From the NCBI GenBank assembly GCA_009780675.1, contig WQZP01000005.1, positions 33,082-97,081 of the forward strand: DNA of 64,000 bases, read 5' to 3'. Positions 43,654-53,627 of this stretch are shown piece after piece. Both the position numbers and the translations under genes were made by a program. A model generated the notes under the pieces. The model saw only the letters and a program-made list of their open reading frames with translations. It did not search any database and was not told the DNA's origin. Each line of letters begins with the position of its first letter. Positions within the stretch are counted from its first letter, which is position 1. Source of the stretch: Spirochaetaceae bacterium. Lineage in GTDB: Bacteria > Spirochaetota > Spirochaetia > CADAEX01.

Positions 43654-43806
43654 TATAAATCTTCCTTGATATAAAACTAAATTTTGATCATCAATAATAC
43701 TTAAGCTGATACATTTAATTATAATATTAATTTTTTATTTATAAAAGAGAGATATCTGTAATAGAGTAATTATCACTTGTTATTCACAAATTATAACCTT
43801 ACGCTA

Positions 43807-43835
43807 TTGACAGATATTCTATTCTTATATAGTAT
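43807..43835 (+). promoter_or_regulatory. sigma70 promoter of rib operon
   Basis: TTGACA-17 nt-TAGTAT upstream of FMN riboswitch. Confidence 0.65.
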
Positions 43836-43856
43836 TTTAGTAGATAATTAACAATA

Positions 43857-43967
43857 TAATTCTTCAGGGCAGGGTGAAAATCCCTACCGGTGGTAAAGCC
43901 CACGAGCCGAAAGGCAGATTCGGTGTAACTCCGAAGCCGACAGTTAGAGTCTGGATGAAAGAAGATG
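43857..43967 (+). ncRNA. FMN riboswitch (RFN element)
   Basis: TCTTCAGGGCAGGGTGAAAATCCCTACCGGTGGTAAAGCCCACGAG...CCGACAGTTAGAGTCTGGATGAAAGAAGA upstream of ribD. Confidence 0.97.
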
Positions 43968-43985
43968 GTACTTTTATAATATCAG

Positions 43986-44022
43986 AAGCTCTGAGATATA
44001 CCTATATTTCAGAGCTTTTTTT
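43986..44022 (+). terminator. Riboswitch intrinsic terminator
   Basis: AAGCTCTGAGATATA-cc-TATATTTCAGAGCTT inverted repeat followed by T-run. Confidence 0.88.
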
Positions 44023-44039
44023 GTTGGCCGAGGTTTTTT

Positions 44040-45164
44040 ATGAATTTAACAGCAATGCATGAAAAATTTATGCGAATTGCTTTAGACCTTGCATCAAAAG
44101 GGGCGGGGAATGTTAATCCTAACCCTTTAGTTGGCGCAGTGATTGTAAAAGATAATAAAATAATAGGCCAGGGTTTTCATTCAGTTTATGGTGGCCCACA
44201 TGCCGAGATAGAAGCATTTAAAAGCTGCGCCAATGCTGCAGGAGCAACATTATATGTAACACTTGAGCCTTGCTGTCATCATGGGAAAACCCCGCCATGT
44301 ACAGATGCAATAATCAAGAATAAAATTTCAAAAGTTGTAATAGGGTGTAAAGATAACAATTCCCTTGTTTCAGGAAAAGGGATTGAAATTCTTAAAAAAC
44401 ATGGAATTGAAGTTGAGACAGGTGTGCTTGAAAAAGAGTGCCAGGATATAAATGAAATATTTTTTTATTATATAAAAAATAAAAAACCTTATGTAGTTAT
44501 GAAATACGCAATGACTGCTGATGGCAAAATCGCGACAAGCTCCGGAGAATCCCAATGGATTACAGGAAATTTGGCGCGCGAACACACCCACAAAACAAGA
44601 CATGTTTTGTCTGGTATAATGGTGGGAATAGGAACTGTTCTTGCTGATGATCCTCTTCTTACATGCAGGATCCCGGAGGGGGGTGGAAAAAATCCTGTGA
44701 GGATTATTTGCGACACTGCTCTCAAAATACCATTAGATTCAAAAGTTGTACAAACAGCGAAAACAGTTCCTACTATTGTGGCTGCAGCAACTTTTGATAT
44801 TTCCAAAAAAGAGCAACTTGAGGCTATGGGAGTTTCCGTAGTAGAGACAAAATCAAAAAATTCAAAACTGGATTTAGAAGATTTAATGCAGGAACTTGGA
44901 AAAATGGAAATAGACAGCATTCTTTTGGAAGGGGGCGGAACCCTGAATTACAGCGCCCTTGAGCAAGGCATTGTTCGTAAGCTGCAAATATATGTAGGTT
45001 CCAAAATATTTGGCGGCAAAGAGAGCCTTTCCCCGGTAGAAGGAAAAGGTATAAAAAATATTTCAGAAGCAGTTGCTTTAAAATTATATAACGTTACTAT
45101 GATAGGCGAGGATGTCCTGCTTGAATATAAAGTGGAGGATAGAATGCCATGTTTACAGGAATAG
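44040..45164 (+). CDS. ribD: Riboflavin biosynthesis deaminase/reductase
   Basis: PNPLVGAV, HAE, TLEPCCHHGKTPPC, DDPLLTCR, LEGGG. Confidence 0.97.
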   Translation: MNLTAMHEKFMRIALDLASKGAGNVNPNPLVGAVIVKDNKIIGQGFHSVYGGPHAEIEAFKSCANAAGATLYVTLEPCCHHGKTPPCTDAIIKNKISKVVIGCKDNNSLVSGKGIEILKKHGIEVETGVLEKECQDINEIFFYYIKNKKPYVVMKYAMTADGKIATSSGESQWITGNLAREHTHKTRHVLSGIMVGIGTVLADDPLLTCRIPEGGGKNPVRIICDTALKIPLDSKVVQTAKTVPTIVAAATFDISKKEQLEAMGVSVVETKSKNSKLDLEDLMQELGKMEIDSILLEGGGTLNYSALEQGIVRKLQIYVGSKIFGGKESLSPVEGKGIKNISEAVALKLYNVTMIGEDVLLEYKVEDRMPCLQE

Positions 45165-45790
45165 TGGAAGAGAAAGGAACGATAAAATCCATACAGCCAG
45201 GAGTAAAATCAATAAGGCTTGCAATAGAAGCAGAGATTGTTCTGGGAGGCTTAAAAATAGGGGATAGTGTTGCTGTAAGCGGAGTTTGCCTTACTGTGAC
45301 AGATATTTCTTCAAATAGCTTTGCAGCAGATGTTATGCCCGAGACATTAAGGAAAAGCGCTTTTTCAAATCTTAAACCAGGAGATGTTGTTAATCTTGAA
45401 AGAGCTATGGCTGCAAACGGGCGGTTTGGCGGCCACATGGTATCAGGTCATATTGATGGTACAGGTACTATTGCGGATATCAAAAGGGAAGATAATGCTG
45501 TTTGGGTAAAAATAAAAGCATCTCCGGATATTCTTAAATATGTTATAGATAAAGGGTCGATTGCTATAGATGGTATAAGCCTGACTATTGCAAAAATAGA
45601 AAAAGATTATTTTTCTGTATCTCTTATTCCTCATACTATAAAAGAGACTACGTTACTTAAAAAAAATATTGGAGATACTGTTAACCTTGAGTCTGATCTT
45701 GTGGGAAAATACATTTATAAATTTCTTAATTTTGGTAAGGAAGAAAATAAAACAATAGATATGGAATTTTTACAAAAACATGGATTTTAA
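45149..45790 (+). CDS. ribE: Riboflavin synthase (alpha chain)
   Basis: [27 protein letters not shown]. Confidence 0.97.
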   Translation: MFTGIVEEKGTIKSIQPGVKSIRLAIEAEIVLGGLKIGDSVAVSGVCLTVTDISSNSFAADVMPETLRKSAFSNLKPGDVVNLERAMAANGRFGGHMVSGHIDGTGTIADIKREDNAVWVKIKASPDILKYVIDKGSIAIDGISLTIAKIEKDYFSVSLIPHTIKETTLLKKNIGDTVNLESDLVGKYIYKFLNFGKEENKTIDMEFLQKHGF

Positions 45791-45800
45791 GGAGAATAAA

Positions 45801-46412
45801 ATGTCTTTTAGCACTATTGAAGAAGCAATTAACGATATACGGGATGGTAAAATGATCATTGTTACTGATGACCCTGAAAGAGAGAATGAAGGCGACCTTG
45901 TGTGCGCTGCAAAGTATTCTACTCCCAGGATCATTAATTTTATGGCGAGCCATGCAAAAGGGCTTATCTGTATGCCAATGAGTACCAAATTTATCAAAAA
46001 ACTTAATCTTCCGCAAATGGTTGAAAATAATACAGATCCTCATGCAACAGCTTTTACAGTTTCCATTGATCACATTGAAGTAACTACAGGCATATCTGCT
46101 TTTGAGCGGTCGCTAACAGCACAAAAATGTACTGAGCTTAATGCAAAACCAGAAGATTTTCGCAGACCAGGCCATATGTTTCCCCTTGAAGCGCGGGAAG
46201 GGGGTGTGCTTGCAAGGTGCGGCCACACAGAAGCCTCAATTGATTTTATAAGGCTTGCAGGTCTCCCCGAAGTAGGACTTTGCTGTGAGATCATGGATGA
46301 TGATGGCACAATGATGAGAGGGGCAAAACTTTTTGAATTTGCCAAAAAACATGGGCTTAAACTGGTAACAATTAAAGATCTTATTGATTATAGAAAGAAA
46401 CATAATCAATAA
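45801..46412 (+). CDS. ribB: 3,4-dihydroxy-2-butanone 4-phosphate synthase
   Basis: [35 protein letters not shown]. Confidence 0.95.
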   Translation: MSFSTIEEAINDIRDGKMIIVTDDPERENEGDLVCAAKYSTPRIINFMASHAKGLICMPMSTKFIKKLNLPQMVENNTDPHATAFTVSIDHIEVTTGISAFERSLTAQKCTELNAKPEDFRRPGHMFPLEAREGGVLARCGHTEASIDFIRLAGLPEVGLCCEIMDDDGTMMRGAKLFEFAKKHGLKLVTIKDLIDYRKKHNQ

Positions 46413-46425
46413 AAAAGGATTCAGG

Positions 46426-47031
46426 ATGTACGTATGTAAGTTAATGGAGCGTGTAGTAAGCGCCAAATTCCCTACACGATATGGCAATTTTACTATACAC
46501 GGATATATAAATAAAAAGAATAAAGAACATCATATTGCGCTGGTGCTTGGAGATATTAGCGACAGCGCTTCTGTTCTGGTAAGAGTCCACTCTGAATGTC
46601 TTACAGGAGATGCGCTTGGTTCTTCCAAATGTGACTGCGGCGATCAGTATGATAAAGCTATGCGCGCAATCCAAAAAGAAGGGCGTGGGGTTTTAGTTTA
46701 TTTGCGACAGGAAGGGAGAGGAATTGGACTTATCAACAAACTAAAAGCTTATGCGCTACAGGATAAAGGGATGGATACAGTAGAAGCTAACCTTGCATTA
46801 GGATTTCCTCCTGACCATAGAGACTATACCGAAGGAGCAGAAATTCTGGTAGACTTGGGGGTAAAGAAGATCAGGCTTATGACAAACAACCCGGAGAAAA
46901 TAGCAGGGCTTGAGAAATTTGGTCTTGAAATTACCGAAAGAGTAGTAATTGAGACAGATGATAAAGAACATTGCAAACACTATATGCAGACAAAAAAAGA
47001 TAAACTGGGGCACATACTTGCCTCTTACTGA
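46426..47031 (+). CDS. ribA: GTP cyclohydrolase II
   Basis: RVHSECLTGD..CDCG, QEGRGIGL, MTNNP; AAGGA RBS before ATG 46426. Confidence 0.95.
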   Translation: MYVCKLMERVVSAKFPTRYGNFTIHGYINKKNKEHHIALVLGDISDSASVLVRVHSECLTGDALGSSKCDCGDQYDKAMRAIQKEGRGVLVYLRQEGRGIGLINKLKAYALQDKGMDTVEANLALGFPPDHRDYTEGAEILVDLGVKKIRLMTNNPEKIAGLEKFGLEITERVVIETDDKEHCKHYMQTKKDKLGHILASY

Positions 47032-47052
47032 TTTCTTTGAGGAGTAATTTTT

Positions 47053-47520
47053 ATGAAAGTATATGAAGGAAAATTTATTGCAAAAGATGTTAAAATAGGT
47101 ATTGTAGCAGCAAGATTTAATGAACCTATTGTATCAAAACTTCTGGATGGAGCGCTTGATGCTCTGCGACGGCACGATGTAAAAGAAGATGATATTTCTG
47201 TTGCATGGGTACCTGGAGCATTTGAAATTCCTGTAATAGCTTCAAAAATGGTAAAATCAGGAAAATATGATGCTGTAATTTGCCTTGGCGCTGTTATCCG
47301 CGGTTCAACATCTCACTATGATTATGTTTGCAGCGAAGTATCAAAAGGTGTTGCGCATATTTCACTGAATGCAGGGATCCCTGTAATTTTTGGAGTTCTT
47401 ACTACTGAAAATATTGAGCAAGCAATTGAAAGAGCAGGGACAAAATCAGGCAACAAGGGCTTTGATTCCGCGCTTTCTGCTTTGGAGATGGTTAATCTTT
47501 TAAAATCATTGGATGTGTGA
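47053..47520 (+). CDS. ribH: 6,7-dimethyl-8-ribityllumazine synthase
   Basis: [27 protein letters not shown]. Confidence 0.97.
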   Translation: MKVYEGKFIAKDVKIGIVAARFNEPIVSKLLDGALDALRRHDVKEDDISVAWVPGAFEIPVIASKMVKSGKYDAVICLGAVIRGSTSHYDYVCSEVSKGVAHISLNAGIPVIFGVLTTENIEQAIERAGTKSGNKGFDSALSALEMVNLLKSLDV

Positions 47521-47555
47521 GGTAGTTTTTCATTATTCTGTGTTAGGGAGAGATT

Positions 47556-50500
47556 ATGAAAAGGTGGATAGTGTTTTCTTTACTGCTATTTTTAGTAGGA
47601 CTTTGTATTAGTTGCGGGAGAAGAGAAGCTCTGCCGCCGATTGTTTCAGTAGAAGGATTTATTGAAAATCCCTCATCCGGCAATACCGGAACTATGGTAA
47701 CGCTTTTTGCGAATGACGCAGCTATTGAAGCAGCCTTTACATTGGATTACCGTCCCCAAAGAGCAGAACCAGAAAGTGTAGCGGAATTTTTAGAGCTTTC
47801 AGGTCCAGCTGTGCAGGATTCCGGACGGGGAACTGTTCATGGTGGAGGACTGCGAAGGCTATCGGACTATAGAACAGTTTATTTTAACCCGGAACAAGAA
47901 AGAAGCAGAATCGCAGCGATTCGGGCAACCCAGGAAGCTGCTCGCGAGGGGCATTTGCCCAGCGATAACGCAGGCCCGCTTACAGTAATCGACTGGGGAC
48001 CCAGAGGAGAATTTTCTTCTGCTGTGCAGCGACCTTCTATCCATGTCATCTTTTCCCAGCCCATGGTTCCGCTTGCAAGCCTTGGCGAACAGAGCAGCAC
48101 TTCTCCGATAATAAGCATCAGCCCACCTATCAGGGGATCTTTCCGTTGGTATGGAACAAGCTTTTTGAGTTTTGAGGGAGATGAACCTTGTCAGGCACAG
48201 CAAATCTATACTATTACTGTGGCGCAAAATGCCACATCTATACACGGTACAAGAATTTCAGGAGAGCGTGTTTTTACATTTCGTACCGAGCCTCTGAGCA
48301 TAAGAAGCGTATCACCTGGCGAGGAATTCAGAAGAACAACCGGTTTCCGTTTTGACAACCGAAACGTGCCTCCATCTGCTGCGCGACAAATAACCATTGA
48401 ATTCAATTATCCTGTTGAGGCTAGTCACATAAGACAACATCTGGAAATTACTGCCGGGAATGCTCAATTGAGGTTTAATCTTCAGCAAGAGACTGAACGC
48501 AGGGTTATTGCCAATGTGCTCGACCAGATTGGTTTTGAGACTCAGGTAAATGTTATCCTCAAGAGAGGAGCCATGTCCAGAGGCGGGACTCGCGGAACTG
48601 AATCAGACAGGACTTTTAGCTTTAGTACCCCATCAGCTTTCAGGGTGGAGGGTCACCACCGAATATCTGCTCACGGCAGATACCGCAATTTACTCAGGCT
48701 GGATTTTAGTCATGCGCTGAATGAAAGCACTGTATTGCAGGCAATCAGTACAGTGCCCCCAATGCCTATAGGGCCTGAGAATATTGAGGTATGGGGAAAC
48801 AGGGTGAATGTTTTCAATTTACCTATTGAGTTTGGCTCACGTTTCAGAATTTTGGTTGCTGCTAACGTAGAAGATGTGTTTGGCAGGAGACTTGGCGAAC
48901 CCTTTGCTGCTGATATTGTAATACCTGATGAACCGCCGCCTGTTGGCAGCGCTGAATTTCTCCATCCGCATTCCAGGCATGCGATGCTGGAAGCTCAGTT
49001 TCCGCCACGCTTTCTTTTTGAATACAGAAACATTGCCCAAAATTCATTTTACAGACTGGCCTCGGTCCTTAACCCCTTTATAAGTCACCCCTCTTTTACC
49101 GAATTTGAGCTGACTCCTGGCCGGGTTAATGCCAGATATTTTGAGGAGATTGACCTTTCGCCATTTCTCAATGAGCAAAGGAGGGGCTTTGTTGCTTTCA
49201 GGGCGAACTTGCAACTCCTCACCAATGAGAGACAGAGAGATGGAACATTTCTTCCAGGGGTTAGAAGCAGGAATAATGAACTTAACATACAGGTTACAGA
49301 TTTGGGGCTAACAGTACGTTATGGCTTTAACAGAGCAACAGTGCTGGTTACAAGTCTTTCCACTGGTCTTCCGGTAGAGGGAGCCAGAGTCAGGCTTTTG
49401 CCTCCTTCTGTAAGGGGCGCTGAGGACCTTGCCTACATTGCTGCTATCGGAGAAGCTCTGACCAATAGAGATGGTCTTGCGGTGATCTCTTTGGGCGCAT
49501 CGGTGTTGCGCAATAATTCCGGGCGCACCAGTTGGGGAGGGTTTGAGCCCCCTTTTGTTATGGCGGAAAAAGATGGGGATAAAGCAATTTTTTTCCCAAA
49601 TTCCCATAATAATTGGCGTTTTGGAATTAACTCAATGCAACCTCAGCGCGCCGAAGAAATAACAGCGCTTGCCTTTATATTTTCCGACCGGGGGCTCTAC
49701 AGACCTGGCGAAACTTTAAGTTTTAGGGGTGTTGACCGCTCCAGAGTGCTTGGTATGTACACGGTTCATCGGGGAGATTTTACAATTACTCTTGAAGGGG
49801 ACGGGCATAGACCTCAGCAAGTCGCCAGTTTTCAGGGTACAACTACTGAATCCGGCAGTTTTTACGGAACCATTACTGTTCCGGATGATCTCGTGCCAGG
49901 TTCTTACCGGCTGGTGTACCGGCGGAACATTAGCTTGAACAGAGAAAACGATATTGTCGCCAGTGTGCCTGTAACAGTTGCCTTTTTTGAACGCCTTAGA
50001 TTTCAGGCATCTCTTTCCGCGCCAGCAGCAGCGGTCATACGCGGCGATGATATCAATCTGAATTTAAGAGCCTCTTACCTTGCAGGTGGCAGCTTGTCTG
50101 GCGCTTCCTGGGAGGGTGCATGGTTCAGGGAGCTGTCTGTGTTTGCGCCCAGACGCGCAGAAACCAGAGGTTTTGTATTTGGACCGCGTCGAGGCTGGGA
50201 TGCAAGACGGCATATTGCCTCTGAAAGCGGAAGCTTAAGCGGCCAGGGAGCTGCAAGCCTTACCCAGAAAACTGGTGGCGGCACAGTAATCGGCGCGCCA
50301 TACCAATATCATGTTGAGGCAAGAGTTACTGATATTGGCAATCAAATGGTGACAGCTTTTCGCTCTGTGCAGGTACACCCTGCAAGTTTCTACATTGGCC
50401 TTAATCGCGGCGCTGGAGGCGGGTTCGCGAGAGCAGGACAGGAAATTTCTTATGATTTTATCACTGTCAATACCCAGGGCGAGAGAACTACTGGTAATGC

Positions 50501-53500
50501 CCTTTTTCTCCAAAGCGGAGAAAACGCGGGAATGCTTACTGTAGAACTTATTCGTGAAGAATGGCGGCGCGTTCAGCAGAGGGGAGTAGGCGGCTACATT
50601 CATGACGAGTTCTCCTCTCAGTTGATTGTTGAAAGCACTCAAAGAATTCCTATTGGAAATGGCAGCGGTTCCATAAGAATAAGACCCAGAGTTGCTGGTT
50701 TTCATATCCTGCGGGTTACTGCGCAGGACAGGGAAGGGAGAACAGCTCTGACAGAACTCAACTTCCATGCTACAGGCGCTGGAGCTGGCTTTTGGAATAT
50801 GAGTAACCCCAACGAGCTAAGGCTAACGCCGGATCAGGAGATGTATGAACCAGGCGATACAGCACAGATTTTGTTGCAGAGTCCGCTTCCGGAAGGCCGT
50901 TATCTTATAACTGTGGAGCGTGAGGGCATTTTCACCCAGGAAGTACGCCATTTTACCGAACCTGTTACAGTGTTCGAAGTTCCAATTGCGCGTAATTTTG
51001 TGCCTGTGGTATATGTATCGGTTTCGTCCTATTCTGTGCGTCCCGGCCCTCCTACTCATGAGTATGGCAGCCCTGACCTTGACAAACCCAAGGGGTACTT
51101 TGGCGTAACGCGGCTAAGGGTGAATCCACGTTCCAGAGCTTTTTCTATCAATATAGAAAGCGACAGACAAATCTACCGGCCAGGAGAAGAAGTAACCATG
51201 ACTCTGACTGCTACCAGAGGCGGCAGACCATTGCCTGGCGCGGAACTTAGCCTGATGGCAGTAGACCGGGGTGTTTTGGATCTTATCAATTATCGCGTAC
51301 CAGACCCAATAAGCCATTTTTACGCTGAACACCGCTTTCCTCTTGCAGTGATGGGTGGTGATTCCCGCGCATGGCTTATGGACCCAGTAACTTACAGTGT
51401 AAAAAATCTTGCAGGCGGAGACGCTGAAGATGAAAGCAAACTTGAGGAACGCAGGGACTTTAACCCCACTGCTGTTTTTGAACCCATGCTTATTACTGAT
51501 GCTAACGGCAGGGTGACTGTCAGATTCCGGCTTCCCGACAATCTTACGACATATCGCGTAACAGCCTTTGGGGTGCGCGGAGACCTTTTTGCGCTTCGGG
51601 AAAGTGAGATTGCTGCCCAGAACCAGATAAATGTGCGGGAGCTTTTGCCACGCCGCGTTCGGGAGCGGGATACTGCTGAAGTTGGAGTGCTTATCACAAA
51701 TCTTGATACATCGTCCCATACCTTGACGGTCAGGCTAAATATAGGTCCACCAGGACCAAATGATTATGCAAGCGGTTTAGCGAAGACACCTGGAGAGGCT
51801 TTTGTTGATGGAATACACGAGCGCCGTGTAACAGTTAGAAGCGGTGAGAATGCTGTTGTTAATTTCGATGTTGGCGCAGTAAGAGCAGGGACTGTAAGTC
51901 TCAATTTTACCATCAATTCAAATATCCTTAATGAAAGGCTTGTCAGGGAACTGCAGATTGAGCGTCCGTTTGTTTTTGAAACAATTACCACCATTGGCAC
52001 AGTGACAACAAACAGAAGCACTGAGGGGCTTGTTATCCCTTCGTTTGCAGATGGTGGGATGGGCAATCTTTCGCTGGTTCTTGATGCAACGCGGCTAGGG
52101 TTATTGGATTCAGCTGTCACTTACCTTTTCCATTATCCTTTTGCGTGTCTGGGGCAGCGCGCCGCAGCTATTCTGCCGCTGGTGATTTTCGGTGAACATA
52201 TTGAAGCTTTAAACCTTAGAAGCGATGTTGCTAATCCTCGCCGTGTGGTGGAAAATGAGCTCAGATCCTGGGGGCAAATACAGCTCGCCAGCGGAGGCTT
52301 TCCTTTCTGGCCCTCTGGTACTCGCGGCAACTTTTTCGTCAGCCTGCGCATAGCGCATATTATTGCCATTGCTCAATCAAAAGAGATTGCCATCCCCTCG
52401 TCTCTGAATGTCCCTGCTCTTACAGCTTTTCTTGAGCGGGAACTCCAGGAGTCGCAGAGGCGGCGAGGAAGTCAGGCATGGTGTGAGTGCCAACTGTATT
52501 TGCAAAGTTATATGCTCTATGTCTTATCCCTGCTTGGCGAAAGGATAGATCCGGCACGGCTCAATGAAATCTTGAGCCGAAGTAATCTTGACCCGTCAGT
52601 GCTTGCCTTGACCGGCATGACTTACCGTGTTCTGGGCAGGAACGCTGAAGCTGCGCGTACTGCCCAACGCCTGCGCGATCTTGTTCGCATGACTGCCAGG
52701 GGTGTGGAGATTACCGACCCTCTGGAAAGACACCGCTGGAATATTTTTGGCGGCAGGGTTGAACAGCTTGCGCTTACTTTGCAATTCTTTGTGGATCAAT
52801 ATCCAGGAGATGAGATCAATACCCGGCTCCTCTTTACCATGCTGGAAAACAAGCGTTCCGGAGGCTTCTGGCAAAGCACGCTGGTAACTGCGCGGGTTCT
52901 TTCCGCAGTTGATGCATTGATTCGCGCGGAAGATCTTGCCAATATTAACGTGAATGCGGCTGCCATGTTGGCAGGAACAGAGCTTTTGAGCGGCACATTC
53001 CAGGGGCTGGGAGCAAAACCAGTTACCGGAACCTTCAATTTTAACGAAGCAATGTTAGCGGGACTGGACCGGGATCGCATACATGCCTTAGAGTTTACTC
53101 GTCAGGGAACAGGTAATATTTACTACACAGCTTCCCTCCGTTATGCCATACCCGCAGAACTTCAGTCATTCCGTGACGAGGGGTTGGGTGTTTTCTTGAG
53201 TATTTACGATATAGAGACTGGCGAGGCAATACAGGGAACTGCCCTGATAAGTGGAAAAGTTTACCGGGGCAGGGTGAGGCTGTCATCCAGTCATGACCGC
53301 ACTTTTGTTGCTTTGCGTGTTCCTGTCCCTTCGGGCGCAGAGATACTTGATGCAACTTTTGTTACTACTGCTACTTTTGACGATAGAGGCGGAGCAGCCG
53401 GCACTGATGAAAGCGAACGCCGCGGGTCATGGTTAAGTCACCGGGCTATTTTTGACAATGAGATTCAATTTTTTTGGGATCAGTTTAACAAAGGAGAAGA

Positions 53501-53627
53501 AACAGTGAATTTCCTTTTCCGTGCTGTAAGAAGGGGTGTCTATCCAACACCACCAGCTCAGGCTGAGTGTATGTATGAGCCGGAGATTTTCGGGCGCAGC
53601 CGGGGGGTGATTTACACAATTGAATAA
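47556..53627 (+). CDS. Bacterial alpha-2-macroglobulin family lipoprotein
   Basis: LCISC lipobox, Ig-like domains, SDRGLYRPGE, LPDNLTTYR, thioester-site YPFACLGQ, MYEPEIFGRS; paired with pbpC. Confidence 0.93.
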   Translation: MKRWIVFSLLLFLVGLCISCGRREALPPIVSVEGFIENPSSGNTGTMVTLFANDAAIEAAFTLDYRPQRAEPESVAEFLELSGPAVQDSGRGTVHGGGLRRLSDYRTVYFNPEQERSRIAAIRATQEAAREGHLPSDNAGPLTVIDWGPRGEFSSAVQRPSIHVIFSQPMVPLASLGEQSSTSPIISISPPIRGSFRWYGTSFLSFEGDEPCQAQQIYTITVAQNATSIHGTRISGERVFTFRTEPLSIRSVSPGEEFRRTTGFRFDNRNVPPSAARQITIEFNYPVEASHIRQHLEITAGNAQLRFNLQQETERRVIANVLDQIGFETQVNVILKRGAMSRGGTRGTESDRTFSFSTPSAFRVEGHHRISAHGRYRNLLRLDFSHALNESTVLQAISTVPPMPIGPENIEVWGNRVNVFNLPIEFGSRFRILVAANVEDVFGRRLGEPFAADIVIPDEPPPVGSAEFLHPHSRHAMLEAQFPPRFLFEYRNIAQNSFYRLASVLNPFISHPSFTEFELTPGRVNARYFEEIDLSPFLNEQRRGFVAFRANLQLLTNERQRDGTFLPGVRSRNNELNIQVTDLGLTVRYGFNRATVLVTSLSTGLPVEGARVRLLPPSVRGAEDLAYIAAIGEALTNRDGLAVISLGASVLRNNSGRTSWGGFEPPFVMAEKDGDKAIFFPNSHNNWRFGINSMQPQRAEEITALAFIFSDRGLYRPGETLSFRGVDRSRVLGMYTVHRGDFTITLEGDGHRPQQVASFQGTTTESGSFYGTITVPDDLVPGSYRLVYRRNISLNRENDIVASVPVTVAFFERLRFQASLSAPAAAVIRGDDINLNLRASYLAGGSLSGASWEGAWFRELSVFAPRRAETRGFVFGPRRGWDARRHIASESGSLSGQGAASLTQKTGGGTVIGAPYQYHVEARVTDIGNQMVTAFRSVQVHPASFYIGLNRGAGGGFARAGQEISYDFITVNTQGERTTGNALFLQSGENAGMLTVELIREEWRRVQQRGVGGYIHDEFSSQLIVESTQRIPIGNGSGSIRIRPRVAGFHILRVTAQDREGRTALTELNFHATGAGAGFWNMSNPNELRLTPDQEMYEPGDTAQILLQSPLPEGRYLITVEREGIFTQEVRHFTEPVTVFEVPIARNFVPVVYVSVSSYSVRPGPPTHEYGSPDLDKPKGYFGVTRLRVNPRSRAFSINIESDRQIYRPGEEVTMTLTATRGGRPLPGAELSLMAVDRGVLDLINYRVPDPISHFYAEHRFPLAVMGGDSRAWLMDPVTYSVKNLAGGDAEDESKLEERRDFNPTAVFEPMLITDANGRVTVRFRLPDNLTTYRVTAFGVRGDLFALRESEIAAQNQINVRELLPRRVRERDTAEVGVLITNLDTSSHTLTVRLNIGPPGPNDYASGLAKTPGEAFVDGIHERRVTVRSGENAVVNFDVGAVRAGTVSLNFTINSNILNERLVRELQIERPFVFETITTIGTVTTNRSTEGLVIPSFADGGMGNLSLVLDATRLGLLDSAVTYLFHYPFACLGQRAAAILPLVIFGEHIEALNLRSDVANPRRVVENELRSWGQIQLASGGFPFWPSGTRGNFFVSLRIAHIIAIAQSKEIAIPSSLNVPALTAFLERELQESQRRRGSQAWCECQLYLQSYMLYVLSLLGERIDPARLNEILSRSNLDPSVLALTGMTYRVLGRNAEAARTAQRLRDLVRMTARGVEITDPLERHRWNIFGGRVEQLALTLQFFVDQYPGDEINTRLLFTMLENKRSGGFWQSTLVTARVLSAVDALIRAEDLANINVNAAAMLAGTELLSGTFQGLGAKPVTGTFNFNEAMLAGLDRDRIHALEFTRQGTGNIYYTASLRYAIPAELQSFRDEGLGVFLSIYDIETGEAIQGTALISGKVYRGRVRLSSSHDRTFVALRVPVPSGAEILDATFVTTATFDDRGGAAGTDESERRGSWLSHRAIFDNEIQFFWDQFNKGEETVNFLFRAVRRGVYPTPPAQAECMYEPEIFGRSRGVIYTIE

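Noticed and set aside
43874-44062. 62-aa ORF as a leader peptide
   Set aside because: Coincides with the FMN aptamer and terminator
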